Shown here: positions 47,752 through 59,633 of the stretch, in pieces | Numbering within the stretch: position 1 is the stretch's first letter | How the letters are laid out: each line of letters begins with the position of its first letter | NCBI GenBank assembly: GCA_030295235.1 | Contig: AP026123.1 | Span: 2,542,001-2,606,000 of the forward strand | Direction of reading: 5' to 3' | DNA from: Fistulifera solaris | Taxonomy: Eukaryota | Length of the DNA stretch: 64,000 bases | Program-made: the position numbers and the translations under genes | Notes under the pieces: model-generated | The model's input: only the letters and a program-made list of their open reading frames with translations | Told to the model about the DNA's origin: nothing | Databases searched by the model: none

Positions 47752-48453
47752 ATGAAAGCAACAGTTAGGCCATTTCTCATTTCGATACCATTTATTGATG
47801 TGTCAGCCTTACTTATAAGTGATCTCGCGACCCCTTGCTTACTTATCGATGTTGGCTTCCTTCAGAAACAACAAGCGTCGGAAATTGAACCATTTCCTCT
47901 TCCCCGATTGCAAGTCGGTTCATATTCACTTGATCCCAAAGTGTTACAATGTTCAGATCGGTACACCGAGGGAACAGAATTCCTAGCAAAACATGATGCC
48001 TTGACACCGGGCGTATGCTATCTTCACACGAGCGTTGTGGTACCAACCAATGAAGAAATAAGCGACACTCGGAATTTAGCAGAACTGGATCTACCGGCGA
48101 ATTCTTCATGCAAGGCGCATTTAGTGTTAGGATTGAATAATCATCACGTGATATCGTACTACTGGGCTAGATCTGCCGGCGCGGGAAGTTCCATGGAGGC
48201 ACCCGGCATCGAGCTCGTCTCGAACAAGTTGCGATGGCTCTCTGACGATTGGAAGGAATGTAATTCAAATGATGGCAAGCGCAGCGAGTGGGTCGCCTTC
48301 TTGAGACCCAAAGACACGGTACAGCTTCTACCAGACGAAGATTGGCGATCATGGGAGCTGCCAGTCTGGGGAGTGAGTTCTCGTGGGCGACCGCTGGGAA
48401 GTGAACCGGCTGTAATTTGCGAATGGAATACAATAATCGACTTGACAGAGTAA
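47752..48453 (+). CDS. hypothetical secretory/plastid-type protein with a DLATPCLLID motif
   Basis: 233-aa ORF with a hydrophobic N-terminus and protein-like composition. Confidence 0.65.
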   Translation: MKATVRPFLISIPFIDVSALLISDLATPCLLIDVGFLQKQQASEIEPFPLPRLQVGSYSLDPKVLQCSDRYTEGTEFLAKHDALTPGVCYLHTSVVVPTNEEISDTRNLAELDLPANSSCKAHLVLGLNNHHVISYYWARSAGAGSSMEAPGIELVSNKLRWLSDDWKECNSNDGKRSEWVAFLRPKDTVQLLPDEDWRSWELPVWGVSSRGRPLGSEPAVICEWNTIIDLTE

Positions 48454-49219
48454 TTGGCCGATACTACATGCGCCTTGCGCTTTCGATAACAGTCGAAGAG
48501 TTCTACTTAGAGTCGTTCACACAAAACAAAGAGACCGATTATAGGAAATGAACTATCAGCTTGCTATCTTAAGCCAACATCTGAAGAGACTCATATATAA
48601 ACATATGGCAATCTTCTTTAATGAATTATGACGTTTTTATCGAAATGGCTCTTGGAGAAGTGAGCAGTCCATGGGTGAAGCAGTCGCCGTGGCATGTGTT
48701 GCTTTGAGAAGTTCCTCGACATGAGTAAATCCTATTAGCTTTGTATCTCCTTTTCATGAAAAGCAGCTGGAGACAGGGGGGCACTGCTTTTTCTCAGCGA
48801 CGCCCTAGAGCGAAGGTTTCAGTCAATTCGTCCCTTCATTTCGACTAAGAGAGCAAAGCGCCAGGGACTCCCATACCAAGCTGATAAGTAAAGTGGAAAG
48901 CAACAATCAATTTTTGAAAAAATTCTTGGCCTTTTGAAATGAAGGCCCATTTTAAATTTACTTAGAATGACGGAATTGTCAAGTGTCAAGCATTCGTACG
49001 CAAGCTGGTACGCATACATAGAAGACAAAACGTGGAACATAACTTTTTCAAAGTAGTTAGGTTTAATCTTGCATAACAAGAAATGGCTATCGAACCAGTT
49101 CCCAGTTCCCACTTTTCGTCTCCTTTCTTGCTTTCTAAATCCTGTCGTCATTTTCTATACTGTACTCTCTACCTTTTCCCTCGCTTTACACAAAAGTGAT
49201 GAGAAAGCTAGAATCCTAG

Positions 49220-49419
49220 ATCCTAGCGAATGCTCCTGACTACTACTTATTATATTACCTTGAGATCTGGGTGTTGATGAGTCAGGTGTGAGTAAAATGG
49301 CGGCGTTTTGTTAGTCAAAACTAAAATCCTAGCGAATGCTAGACTACTTATTACTTTACCTTAGGATCTGGGAGTTGGTGAGTCAGGTGTGAGTAAACTG
49401 GCGGAGTTTTTGTTAGTCA
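49220..49419. repeat. ~106-bp diverged tandem duplication
   Basis: atcctagcgaatgct...tgagtcaggtgtgagtaaa...tgttagtca starts at 49220 and 49326. Confidence 0.9.
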
Positions 49420-50320
49420 GTCGTTTATTAATTTTGGTGGTAGTTGCTTAAGCCCTACGCAACACAATAGCGGATAAAATGACGATTCCGATCTTCCAGT
49501 TAGGTGTTACAGTTACAGTAGGTATCTTGGTGTCTGTAAATAATTTTAGAAATTCGATTTCCCCGTACTTTACTCTATTGCCTGGCAACTGTGAAGTGTC
49601 AGCTCCAAGATCGCCGCTCGCCGCACTCCGGTCAACAAATACGTATAAAGTTTGTCGGGCGAAATTTTTTTATTATAAAAGATATCTATCGTTCCAAATT
49701 CTACATGCCAAATGCAAGTTGTGGTCTACAGGACAAAAGGCAAAAGACTAAAAGCCTAAAGATCCCCCAGACTGTTGACTCTTGACTCTTGACTCTTGCG
49801 TCGTGTAGATTGTTGGAAATTAGCAATTCACCATTCACCTTAAATTTCGGCAAGCGCTTTATTCACTTGTTAAAGCATACGGAGTATGTTTTGGCTCTGG
49901 CTGCTATAGTAGGGCTCCAAGGTAGACTTAGAGACCCTGTCCGATCATAGTACAAATCTAATACTAATTTCAACAAAATTTCTGACAGCAACTTGAAAAA
50001 CAGAACATGAGAAATGAGAACTCGAGCGAACGAACAACGAACACATAATAGCCTCCAACAACTTTATCATCGGACCTTTACATTATTTGCGCAAGATTAG
50101 CAGTTCGTGATCAGTCAATCAGTCAAACGCGAAACCCACTTGGCAACAACCCGCGTGTCTTTTGTCCATGTCCAGAACTCCCTCAACTCCTCCTCCTGGG
50201 CAGAGAGTTATAATTTTGATTTTGAGACCTTCAAGAATGTTGGGGTGCCAAGTGACAACTCAAACCATTTCCTATCACAAAAGGCATTTGGACGGCCCCG
50301 CGATACAAGTTTGGAGGACC

Positions 50321-51283
50321 ATGACGGATAACAGAGCAGCTGAAAGCCCCAAAGAGAAAAATTTTGACGAAAGCGGCGGCAAGAGCTTTGTCCAAAAACT
50401 CTACACCATTTTGCAAGATCCTGGTAATGAAGAGAGCGATTCTCGCTCTCTTTGGTGGACGCCCGATGGGAAAGGTATCCTTGTCTCTCCAAAGAAGTTC
50501 GAAGAAAACGAATCGAAGAAATACTTCCAGGGTACACGGTATTTCGGTTTTTCTCGACGCTTGATGAGAAACTACTTTGATCGAGTCAGCGACTCCGAAA
50601 CCCAGGGTATGCATGAATATCGACACCGAGACGGTCTTTTCCAAAGAGACCATCCACATCTGCTCAATAAAATAAAGTTCAACAACAAGCGTCCTTATCG
50701 CAAGGAAGCTGAGAGTGACTCTCCCTCGGCAAAGCCTCCAGCTCGAGCATTGAAGGCATCCCCTCCTCAGCAGGCCGCTATCGCTCAACCCACGGAGCCG
50801 GAAATAGAAAGCAGCGCTGTGTCAACTCCCTCAAGAGCATCACTGCTATCGCTCCCTTTCGCGTCGGACCTGCCTTCCTTTCAAGCAAGATCCAGCACTC
50901 CGTCACATATTTCGCAGCAACTCATAAACTTATCGCAGTCTTCCTTTCTACAGCACCAAGCTTTGCGACAGGCTGAGGAAGAAAGACGCGAGCTACTCAA
51001 TGCCCTCGAGTCTCAGAGAAACATCATGAATGCCGGCCAGTCTTTGGACCGGTTCGTCCTGTACCAGTTGCTACAAGAAGAGGCACAGCAGCAGCGCCTT
51101 CAGAACTCGCTTCTTCAAATTGCTCCGCAGCTAACCTTGTCTATGAATCGAAGTGCTCGTCCATCTGTCAATCTTGCTCCAGTAGCGGCGCAATTGAGCG
51201 AGCAAAGTCAAACCAGCACGGAAGATGAGGCATTGGCTCGTTACATTCGTGAACTTTTGCGATTTCGACGCGGCGGGCCGTAG
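50321..51283 (+). CDS. HSF-type DNA-binding domain protein (divergent)
   Basis: SFVQKLYTIL, LWWTPDGKGILV, KYFQGTRYFGFSRRL, EYRH..FQRDHPHLLNKI, followed by a Gln/Ser-rich C-terminus. Confidence 0.8.
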   Translation: MTDNRAAESPKEKNFDESGGKSFVQKLYTILQDPGNEESDSRSLWWTPDGKGILVSPKKFEENESKKYFQGTRYFGFSRRLMRNYFDRVSDSETQGMHEYRHRDGLFQRDHPHLLNKIKFNNKRPYRKEAESDSPSAKPPARALKASPPQQAAIAQPTEPEIESSAVSTPSRASLLSLPFASDLPSFQARSSTPSHISQQLINLSQSSFLQHQALRQAEEERRELLNALESQRNIMNAGQSLDRFVLYQLLQEEAQQQRLQNSLLQIAPQLTLSMNRSARPSVNLAPVAAQLSEQSQTSTEDEALARYIRELLRFRRGGP

Positions 51284-51713
51284 AAATGATACTTTGAAAC
51301 AATTTTTAAATTTAGATTAAGTTATTATTAGCCAATTTTGAATAGCATTTGTAGTCCTCTCTTTATACCAGGTAGGAAGGGAAAAAGCAACAGTGATGGC
51401 GTTCGACCATCTGTGACTCATGACTTAAGTCCAGTCGTGATGAAACAGGATGCACACATTTTATTGGACAATGGTGAAAGTCTTCATGGCGGATAGCTCG
51501 ATGTAGAAAACTACCAGTATACAAGTAGCGCATAGTCGTTTTTCTCTTGCAGTATGACTCAGAGCTATAGAAGTACAGCGACTTTGTTGTGTTCATCGAT
51601 GTTGCCGTCGATTTCTTGAGGACGTAAAATAAAGAATTCACGTGCGCGCAATTACGCCGATCGAAGAGAGTAAGCATAGGAAATTCTTGTCATTTATGTT
51701 CTACTTTCACAAC

Positions 51714-52769
51714 TTATCTTATATTTGTTGCGCTTGATAATGGTTTGGTGTTACTGTTGCTTTCCGCCCACTTTTTCAAATCCTGAATCCACCACGCCAT
51801 GACGAGAGGCGTAACTACCACGCCCATAAAAGCCGCAGTACTGAGAGCAATGGTGGTCGATGAGGAACCTGCACTCCCTGTCGACGTTTGGTGACCCAAC
51901 CACGTCCACAACACCGTAAAGGTTCCGCCATGAATCAACGTAGCCGCAGCAAACATCCACCATTGTATGACAGGCAACAAACTGGAGCCAAAGTTTTTAA
52001 TCATTTCCGGAAAGCAGCTAAATTTCATGAGAAAAGCAGTCAAGAGCGGAGAATGTGGATGCAGCGTGGTTGTTTTTGATTTGAAGGGAGAATGCGAGCT
52101 TGTCGTGACAATGGACGGAGCCGACCCAGACGAAGACGCCCGATTGATGAGCTGGAAAATCTCATTATGCTGCAGTTGTGTGGCGACGTGTTGATACAAC
52201 CAACATCGCCCGATACCGAATGCCAACATTGCCCCCGTAAACTTTCCCAGCAAACTAGCACCGACAGCTTTCCAGCCCAACACCATCCCTGCCGCAGTTT
52301 CCACCGGAATCGTAGATAATCCACAAAATTCCCATAGCGCTAAACCGCAACTATAATAGAGCCAACCGAGTCGATTCGATTGCAATGGTTCCAGCAACTC
52401 TAAGGTGCGCTGTAAGATCAAGTCTTTGTTGATGAGAGGTAACCAGAAAGAGCGTTGTTGAAACAGTACCAGCGATAAAGCGGCTAAGCTCCCAATCGTC
52501 CAGAGAGAACGTCTCGTAGCACCTGCTTTCGTTGTACGAATGGTTGTTGTTTTTGCTGTCGTCGTCGTTGTTGTCGTTATGATGGCGTCTTTCGTCGTGG
52601 TATTGTGCGCAGCTTTCTGGCTCACCGGCGGAGCGTTTACTGCGCCTCCACGAAAGTGATACAGCGGAACGACGGAAGATCGATGCACCCGAAAGGCCTG
52701 TACGAATGGACTGCAGGAATGATATCTTCCAAGAATGAGAAAAAGACCGAGCCGCAGAATCATCATTTT
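51714..52769 (-). CDS. SNARE-associated/VTT (DedA, TVP38/TMEM64-like) membrane protein
   Basis: TIPVETAAGMVLG..GKFTGAMLAFGIGR, FSCFPEMIKNFG, multiple TM segments and an N-terminal presequence. Confidence 0.75.
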   Translation of the reverse strand, partial: KMMILRLGLFLILGRYHSCSPFVQAFRVHRSSVVPLYHFRGGAVNAPPVSQKAAHNTTTKDAIITTTTTTTAKTTTIRTTKAGATRRSLWTIGSLAALSLVLFQQRSFWLPLINKDLILQRTLELLEPLQSNRLGWLYYSCGLALWEFCGLSTIPVETAAGMVLGWKAVGASLLGKFTGAMLAFGIGRCWLYQHVATQLQHNEIFQLINRASSSGSAPSIVTTSSHSPFKSKTTTLHPHSPLLTAFLMKFSCFPEMIKNFGSSLLPVIQWWMFAAATLIHGGTFTVLWTWLGHQTSTGSAGSSSTTIALSTAAFMGVVVTPLVMAWWIQDLKKWAESNSNTKPLSSATNIR

Positions 52770-53155
52770 TGTTGTGTGCAAAGGTATCTCTTTTGACATT
52801 GTTATAAAGGAAAGAGAACACACGTTTGCAACAAAAGGAATTGAAATATTCCTGAAGATTCATTCATGCTCATCATCGTCATTTCGATCATCGCATTTTG
52901 CATCGGCGGGTGAAAAAAGCCGTTGATAATTTGATCGTACCACCACTCGTGATCCATGTAAACGATGCCGTAGCGACTTTCACGCTCCGGCCGATGGGCT
53001 CTCCAAGCATCTCTGATTCATTCACTCTCATGATCGTAGACGGCTATGAACCTCCGTTATCATTATTCTGCTAACATGATTAGCTAGCTAGTCTATGCTT
53101 GTCATTCGCCTTGAAGTTACTCTGAAATTTTTACGTATCAACGGGTTTCTGGTGA

Positions 53156-53209
53156 ACTATAGGTCTAAAATGTATATTACCTTTTTCCACGACTGCAGAT
53201 CAGTCATGA
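53156..53209 (+). repeat. dispersed repeat family, single core
   Basis: actataggtctaaaatgtatattacctttttccacgactgcagatcagtcatga. Confidence 0.8.
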
Positions 53210-53810
53210 GTTGAACCGGACTACGGAGTATTATGGTTACCTAGCTAGACCCTATAACTAACTTCATTCGTCTTTTAAAAAAAAAAAGATCGACAAATCC
53301 TTGATGATTCTTTCCTGTATAGTCATTGCGGATGTTAGTCTTTCGATTATACTAAATCAAATTATCCTTTCAATGAATCATTCAAAGCACGCAGTACGGA
53401 AAAATGGGCTCGAATTCGAGAAAAAAAAATAAGAACTATTTTATTGGATGGAGAGCTAGTCGCTTTAGGGTCACCTACTGTATCCATAGGATGCCATGGC
53501 AGAATATTTTTGTTCCAGATGCTATTCATGAATCGCAAATTTGTGTAGTTTTGCATTTGACTTTTGACGAACAATGTGAACTGCCACCTGCTTCCATGAT
53601 TGGAATAGCACTTTTGCCTTTCAGGCGTCCACAAAGCTGGCTCTGCTAAATTTACAAGATACAGTACACGTCTTGTCGACCATCGCCTACCCAAGCTCCG
53701 TTGACACACTTTATCGATTTGAAGGAATCAACCCATGACTAACTTTCAAGCCAGGTGGAATATACTCTTGTCGAGCCTGTTCCTGTTTCGTCAATGCGCC
53801 ACCAGTACTG

Positions 53811-55188
53811 CTACTGCTCTCCGAGTCGAACGGAGCGCAATTTGCGCTCGGAATAAAATTCGTTCAGCCGAACGAACGCTAACATCAACAACAAAAACGC
53901 GACAGCACCGAATGCCAACAGCAACCATCCCCACCATTCAATAGTTTCAATTCCCCGTGAACTCTCTTCTGTTTCAATACTCCGGGTGGGTATTGTGCTT
54001 CCGAAAGCTGATGGCGCGGAAGTTCGAATCAAAGTCGCTGATACTGTGGGTTCCAACGTTGGAGTCTTGGTTGCCGTGGTGGGTGGTGCCGTCACAGAAG
54101 GCATCATTGATATGCTTACAGAGGGACGGATGGTTGAGACACCTATAGTGGGAGCAGGAGTTGGTGGAAAAGGCATTCTAGTCGGCACCGATAGAGCGGT
54201 AGGTTCACTCGTTGTGACCGTTGGTGGCGTGGGCATCATCATAGTTGGTGAGGCTGTTGTAGATGTCGGCAGGGTCGGTGCTGGGGAGATTGTCGGCGAA
54301 GGTTCAGATCCAGTAGAAGGCTCCGCAGTCTCCACAATGCGTGTTGGATACAATGTACTTGAGGGTGGACGAGGTATAGGAGGCGGCATAGGAACATCAA
54401 TGGTATCTTCGTACAGGCTGGGCACCAGATCGAACAAGTCAGTGCCTATGTAATCCACTTTTTGAATGACGGGCGTTGTCAAATTTCCGATATTCGATTG
54501 CACTCTCGATAACACCCGCTGCGTTACAATGCGTTCATTTGATCCTACTGCATGAACACCCAAGAATCCTTGTACAACAAAGCAATCTAGATTTTGGATC
54601 GTCAGCTCGGGGTCACACGTTACTAATGGATAAAGATGAAGATTGACACGTGAGTTATCGCGAATCAAACAAATGCAGCAATTTTCACATCAATTACTTA
54701 CAGCCCGACTCGACCAGCAGATCCACAGGGTGCCAATCTATGGCTTGAATGGTCGTCAATGGAGATCCCTTCTCACAATCGAAAAAGTCTGGCAACAGAC
54801 TGGAAGTCAATTTCTCATCCATAGCAGGCAGTATCAGTACACGCAAAGCGCTCGGTCGTGTATCAGGAAGCACATGAACCTGGTAAAGAAATTCGATATG
54901 GTAAATGTCCCCTCGCTGGGTTCCATAATATCCTTCCTCGTTGAATTCGCACTCGAAAGATGGTTCTAAATGAAAATCCCTCGGATGGAAAAGGTCTTTC
55001 AAAGGATCTTGAACATTCGGCAGGACTTCATTAGGCGTTCTTTCTTGATAAGTCGAAGTATGTCGCCGTCGAAGTTTGACAAGGTCACTATCGGTGTCTT
55101 TCAACTGTTGTTCAATGATTTTGTTGGCGTTCGACGATGAGAGCGAAAGAAAAAGTAACATCAGTTGTATCCACTGACGTATTCTCAT
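53811..55188 (-). CDS. type I membrane / cell-surface protein with a Pro/Thr-rich stalk
   Basis: Signal peptide; a GT-AG intron at 54623-54701 joins the two ORFs in frame; PT/APT-rich region; TM WWGWLLLAFGAVAFLLLMLAFV; short basic tail. Confidence 0.8.
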
Positions 55189-57286
55189 GGTATTAGCTTT
55201 ATGAATTATGAAGACGAGCTTTATGAAGATATGAATGAAGGAATGATTTAGAACACTAGCTTGGAATGCTTTTTACCAGATACCATCACGTTTGTCCATT
55301 GCGTTTGTTTTGTCGTGGTTTTGTGGTTGTTGCTTATGGAAGGACGCCCGGTGAAATGCCGCCCATCATCTCAACGGCTTTCTTATTTACGACAAATCGG
55401 CGAAGGGTATGCCGTTGACAAGTCACGTACTATATAGGCAGAGTACGTTTCTACTACTATTTATAGTCGTATCGTACATTTAGATATTAGCGGTACTCAA
55501 ATAATCTAAGTATCCTTGACACAGAATCCCGAACGCTATTGTAATTTGTAATGCGCCCTAATGCACCTCTTTTCATCGATGCCTTGCATCCATTCTATCA
55601 TCTATAACGTGCCAATACTGGTAAAGCTATCGTCGCCGTTGTTGTATGGCGAGTTTTTTCTCCAAGCGACAAGCTTCACGTGTCTAAGTCCTTCAAATAA
55701 TCTTTCGATGCTAGAGTCATTGTCGCCAGTTTATATATAGCATTATAAATCAAAGATGACTAGCTAATGTGGACGAAAAAGAAGCCGTCCACATCGTGTC
55801 AGCTGTCAATTTCGCTTTATCAGCATCTGGTAACTCTCATTACAAATTGAATAATTAAGCCCGATTAAGGAAAGCTGCTCAGGCAGAAGGCTCTCATCAT
55901 CTCTACCATAAGAATGCTTCATGAGAAGTCAAAAGAGCCAATGATCTCAACGGCCCAGCCAAAGTTCGTGTTTGTTCTCTTTTCAGGCAAATGTCTATAT
56001 CGAGTTCATGCAGCAAATTATTAGAAACCCGTCATTCGTTTACAAATTCTTCAATTTCGACAGTAAGCGCGCTTCCCCAGGAGCCCAGGAGGGGAACAAA
56101 ATAAAATGAAAATACCTTAGTACTGAATGGGTAGTATTGCCATGATTATTCGAGTTCTGGGTGAGGGCTGTTGCTGTCGCTATCGGCTATGGCATCTGAA
56201 CCAATGTTGCATGTTGCCTTGGTTTGTTTCTGTTGCAAAGTGCCAAGTTCCATCTTCCAGGCTTAAGGCTCCTACGATTTGGCGCTTACCTTGCGGCATG
56301 GCATAGGACTTAGCGTGGCGAAAGGAGAGTGTCCCAAGTCAACGTCAGCTTAGCTGACTTCATGGCTTAGCTGCCAGCTGTCTCCAAATTTCGAATCCAA
56401 TGTCTAATAATACTAAAAACTAGAAGCCGATGACGTGACAGGTGACAGTGACCTCTGTTTTTCATAAATCTTCAATGCATTAAGCCCTTCGATCTACTCT
56501 TTGCATAATACCAGAACTCGAATTCCGGGCATACGCGAATTCATTCGAGAATTCGCGCCGAATGCGATAATGACGCGTCACTCTTGAAGTTACCGATAGA
56601 TGATAGATCATACATAGCCGGTTGAAGAGAGTGCACAGTGCAGAGTGCAGAGAGTGGAGAGTGGAGAGCAGTGACCAGTGACCAGGGACCAGGGACATAA
56701 TCGAAACGTAAAAGACACGCTGGGAAAAGGCCCTTCCGTATTCCGTACGTTTTGCACCAGTTTGGAGTTGGAGATTCGAGATGATGATTCGAGTTCGAGT
56801 ATCTCATTCTCAAGTCTAAAGATTCTCACGGTACACACTACTGTAGACTTCGTACTCGTATCCTTTACCTTTTTTATGTGAAATAAAGTAGAAAGTAAAA
56901 ATCTGGAGAGCTAGAGAGAGGGTCTATGTCTCTCTTCATGTCTCTCTACTTTCTATTCTCTCGAGTGTACTCCTACTCCCTATGTCTATGTCTGTCTAGA
57001 TTTGACAATTGAGCACTTATCTTGGAAATACGTTCCTCATTCCATTATTTGTTCTTTAACTGTACCGATAGACATTCTATTACACCAACTTCGTGTAGTT
57101 TTCCCAATTTCACGAGCACCACGGCCAACTTCTTCCGCGGCGGCGAGAAAGGAAGCAGGTTTGTAGAACAAACCTCAACTGAAACCTACCACATTCCGGA
57201 ATAAATTTTGGAATTCAACCTGCCGATCGCTGGAAGAAGGCTTGGAAACGAATTGGGGAGAAGCAACATCGAAAACATAAAACAAG

Positions 57287-57556
57287 ATGATCCATCCAAA
57301 TCGCCCATCCATCGAATGCAATCGAGCACCGAATGCAGTCAGTGATAGCTTGGCCGATGCTTTGCAGTATCACGTCCTTCATCGATCGGCAACTTCCACT
57401 CATCCGGATCGCACGCCGAATCGATCTGTGCGTGCCACGAGGGTCATGAAGATTTTACAAGAAGCCCTCGAGCTGATTGACTCTTTTGAGATCGAATCAA
57501 ATCAAGGCATCGACAACGAAGATTCGCCAGGTCCTTCCAACACGGAACGTCGTTGA
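57287..57556 (+). CDS. small hypothetical protein with an ILQEALEL motif
   Basis: 89-aa ATG ORF after an A-rich leader; motif shared with 59430-59633. Confidence 0.45.
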   Translation: MIHPNRPSIECNRAPNAVSDSLADALQYHVLHRSATSTHPDRTPNRSVRATRVMKILQEALELIDSFEIESNQGIDNEDSPGPSNTERR

Positions 57557-57614
57557 TTCTTTCGTTAAAACCAGTTTTATAGACAATTTTGGTTATTCTT
57601 GTCCTTTTATCTCT

Positions 57615-58717
57615 TTAATGCACCAAGTAAGTGTGTATCCATCGCTCAAAGTCTTCCATACTGAATCGCAAATGATCTCCTGGAAAGGTTTCGAAATAAT
57701 TTTTTCCTTGCGATTGTGCCGTAGCCAGGCCAAAACTATCACGCGTGTACCATTCCGTTTCCTCCATCGGTAGAACTCGTTCAAACGGATCGTCAGGATC
57801 AGGAGCACCCCATTGCTCTCCCTCTTTGGGCCATACCATCGCATCTTCGTCGGCCATGATCCAAACAAACTGCTGGGTCTTCAAATAATTCTCTATCCAT
57901 GTCGTATTACTCTGATAATGCGGACCTTCTTGATTCCATCGTGCCAGTTGACTGTACTCGTAGTACAAAGGCATCGCAAAAGTCGAGGATCGCGCCAATA
58001 ATTGGCTTGAAAGGAATGCTGTTGAGACCACTGGGTGTACGCCCGATGCGATGCTTGTTCCATCAATAAATCGCACATGCTAAATCCGGTTTGAAACAAC
58101 GAAGAAAACGAAGGACGACAGTAGGGTACCGCTCCTTCGCCCGCGTTGACCCCGTTGATCGACAAAAAGGTGTGTACGGCTGGTGTATTGTAACGCGTCA
58201 TGTACCCACGAATGACATTATTCCCTTGCGAAAATCCAATCGCATGAAATCCATTTTGTAGCTGATCATTTTGTTGAATGGCTTCCGCAAAGACATCCAC
58301 CGAGGCATCCATATTCAAGAAATACCCATTCTTGGTGTCTTCCTGTTGATTCTTTCCAGTCGGAATACAAACCGTGTACACTCCACCCAGCAATTGCGAG
58401 ACATGTTGTGTCAAATGCTGCATTCCCTTGTTGAAACACGAATCTCCCATGCCGTGGGCGAGAACGACGGGAAGTTGCGAAGCATCGAGTTGACGTGATT
58501 TTGCGCTGACTTTTGTGATCGTCATTTCCTTATCCAATGCTGTTGTTCCTTCGGTTCGAAAATCGACTAACAAATGGTGTTGACGCGCCCATTCGTTCAT
58601 CTCTTGCGCAATTCGATTCGTATCTTTTTCCTCTAACCAACGACAAAGAACCGGATGCAATCGTCGTTCTTCTTCGTGGCAATAAGACAATGTCGTAGCC
58701 GGAAGAAGACAAGCCAT
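57615..58717 (-). CDS. PPT1: palmitoyl-protein thioesterase 1
   Basis: PVVLAHGMGDSC, nucleophile motif IGFSQG, QANYWRDP, DAMVWPKEGEQWG, GDHLRF. Apparent frameshift near 57980. Confidence 0.92.
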
Positions 58718-58912
58718 GAACAGTAAAAGGGTCGATGCATCATAATTAGATGGACGCTCGAATGCTTATCTATCGACTGATGCACCGCGAAATGAGATCT
58801 TTTGCTTCATTCGTATCCGCTGTTGAAAACAATGCAATCGTATCGAAGCAAAGGATCGCGATAAGGAGAGCGTTTTTGCGAGCTGCGAGCGGCGGACGAG
58901 TTTTCGCATAAC

Positions 58913-58970
58913 TCATGACTGAATCCAGTCGGAGAAAACTAGGCTACCCGCTACACTTCGGCTTACAGTA
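58913..58970 (-). repeat. dispersed repeat family, single minus-strand core
   Basis: Reverse complement reads tactgtaagccgaagtgtag...ttttctccgactggattcagtcatga. Confidence 0.7.
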
Positions 58971-59429
58971 CCGTGACATAGGCCGTCAACGTCAGAGACC
59001 AGAAATCATGCCAGAAACGAAGCAAAGTATACATTCTTGTATCAAACCGACGTATTCGTACGTACTTCTAAATCAACACTTCTGAACTCACAGGTCCAAG
59101 GTCCAAGTCATTGCGGTCATTTGTCATTCGGATTACACCGCGTTCCAACTTCGCAGATCAGCATCACTTTATCGTTCGATGTTGATGCGTGGCTCCCGAT
59201 CGAGGGGGGATGATGAATAGAGTAGATTCAAGACGACAGATCGGCGTTCGGATGCATAATTCGAAACAGGATGAATCAGAAAAATTCGCATTTGCAACCA
59301 GCTTTCGGCATTACGTCTCCGTGCAGGCATTAAATTCGCCCAAGAACTCATCGGAATTCCGATCATTAGCTACCAACTTCCGAAACTTTAGCCACCCGTC
59401 GCCATTATTTTGTCACCGCCTCGAAAAAC

Positions 59430-59633
59430 ATGGATAAGCAAGTAACATCTCCCTCACCCAATTCGTTGCGATCCACCTTGCACGATACGGAGCGAATGAA
59501 TCATCGTGATCGTCGTCACTTCCGGAATACTGTGGGGCATGCCGAGCTGATTGCGATCCTCGAAGAAGCCTTGGGGATGTTTCATACGGACGATTTCAAC
59601 GATTTGGAAGATGATGTTCAAAGCAATGCTTGA
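59430..59633 (+). CDS. small hypothetical protein with an ILEEALGM motif
   Basis: 67-aa ATG ORF (aaaaacATG context); motif shared with 57287-57556. Confidence 0.45.
   Translation: MDKQVTSPSPNSLRSTLHDTERMNHRDRRHFRNTVGHAELIAILEEALGMFHTDDFNDLEDDVQSNA

Noticed and set aside
55200..57200. Long gene-free stretch (also 62000-64000) as a possible ncRNA or TE locus
   Set aside because: No recognisable tRNA, rRNA, snRNA or transposase motifs; only short microsatellites.
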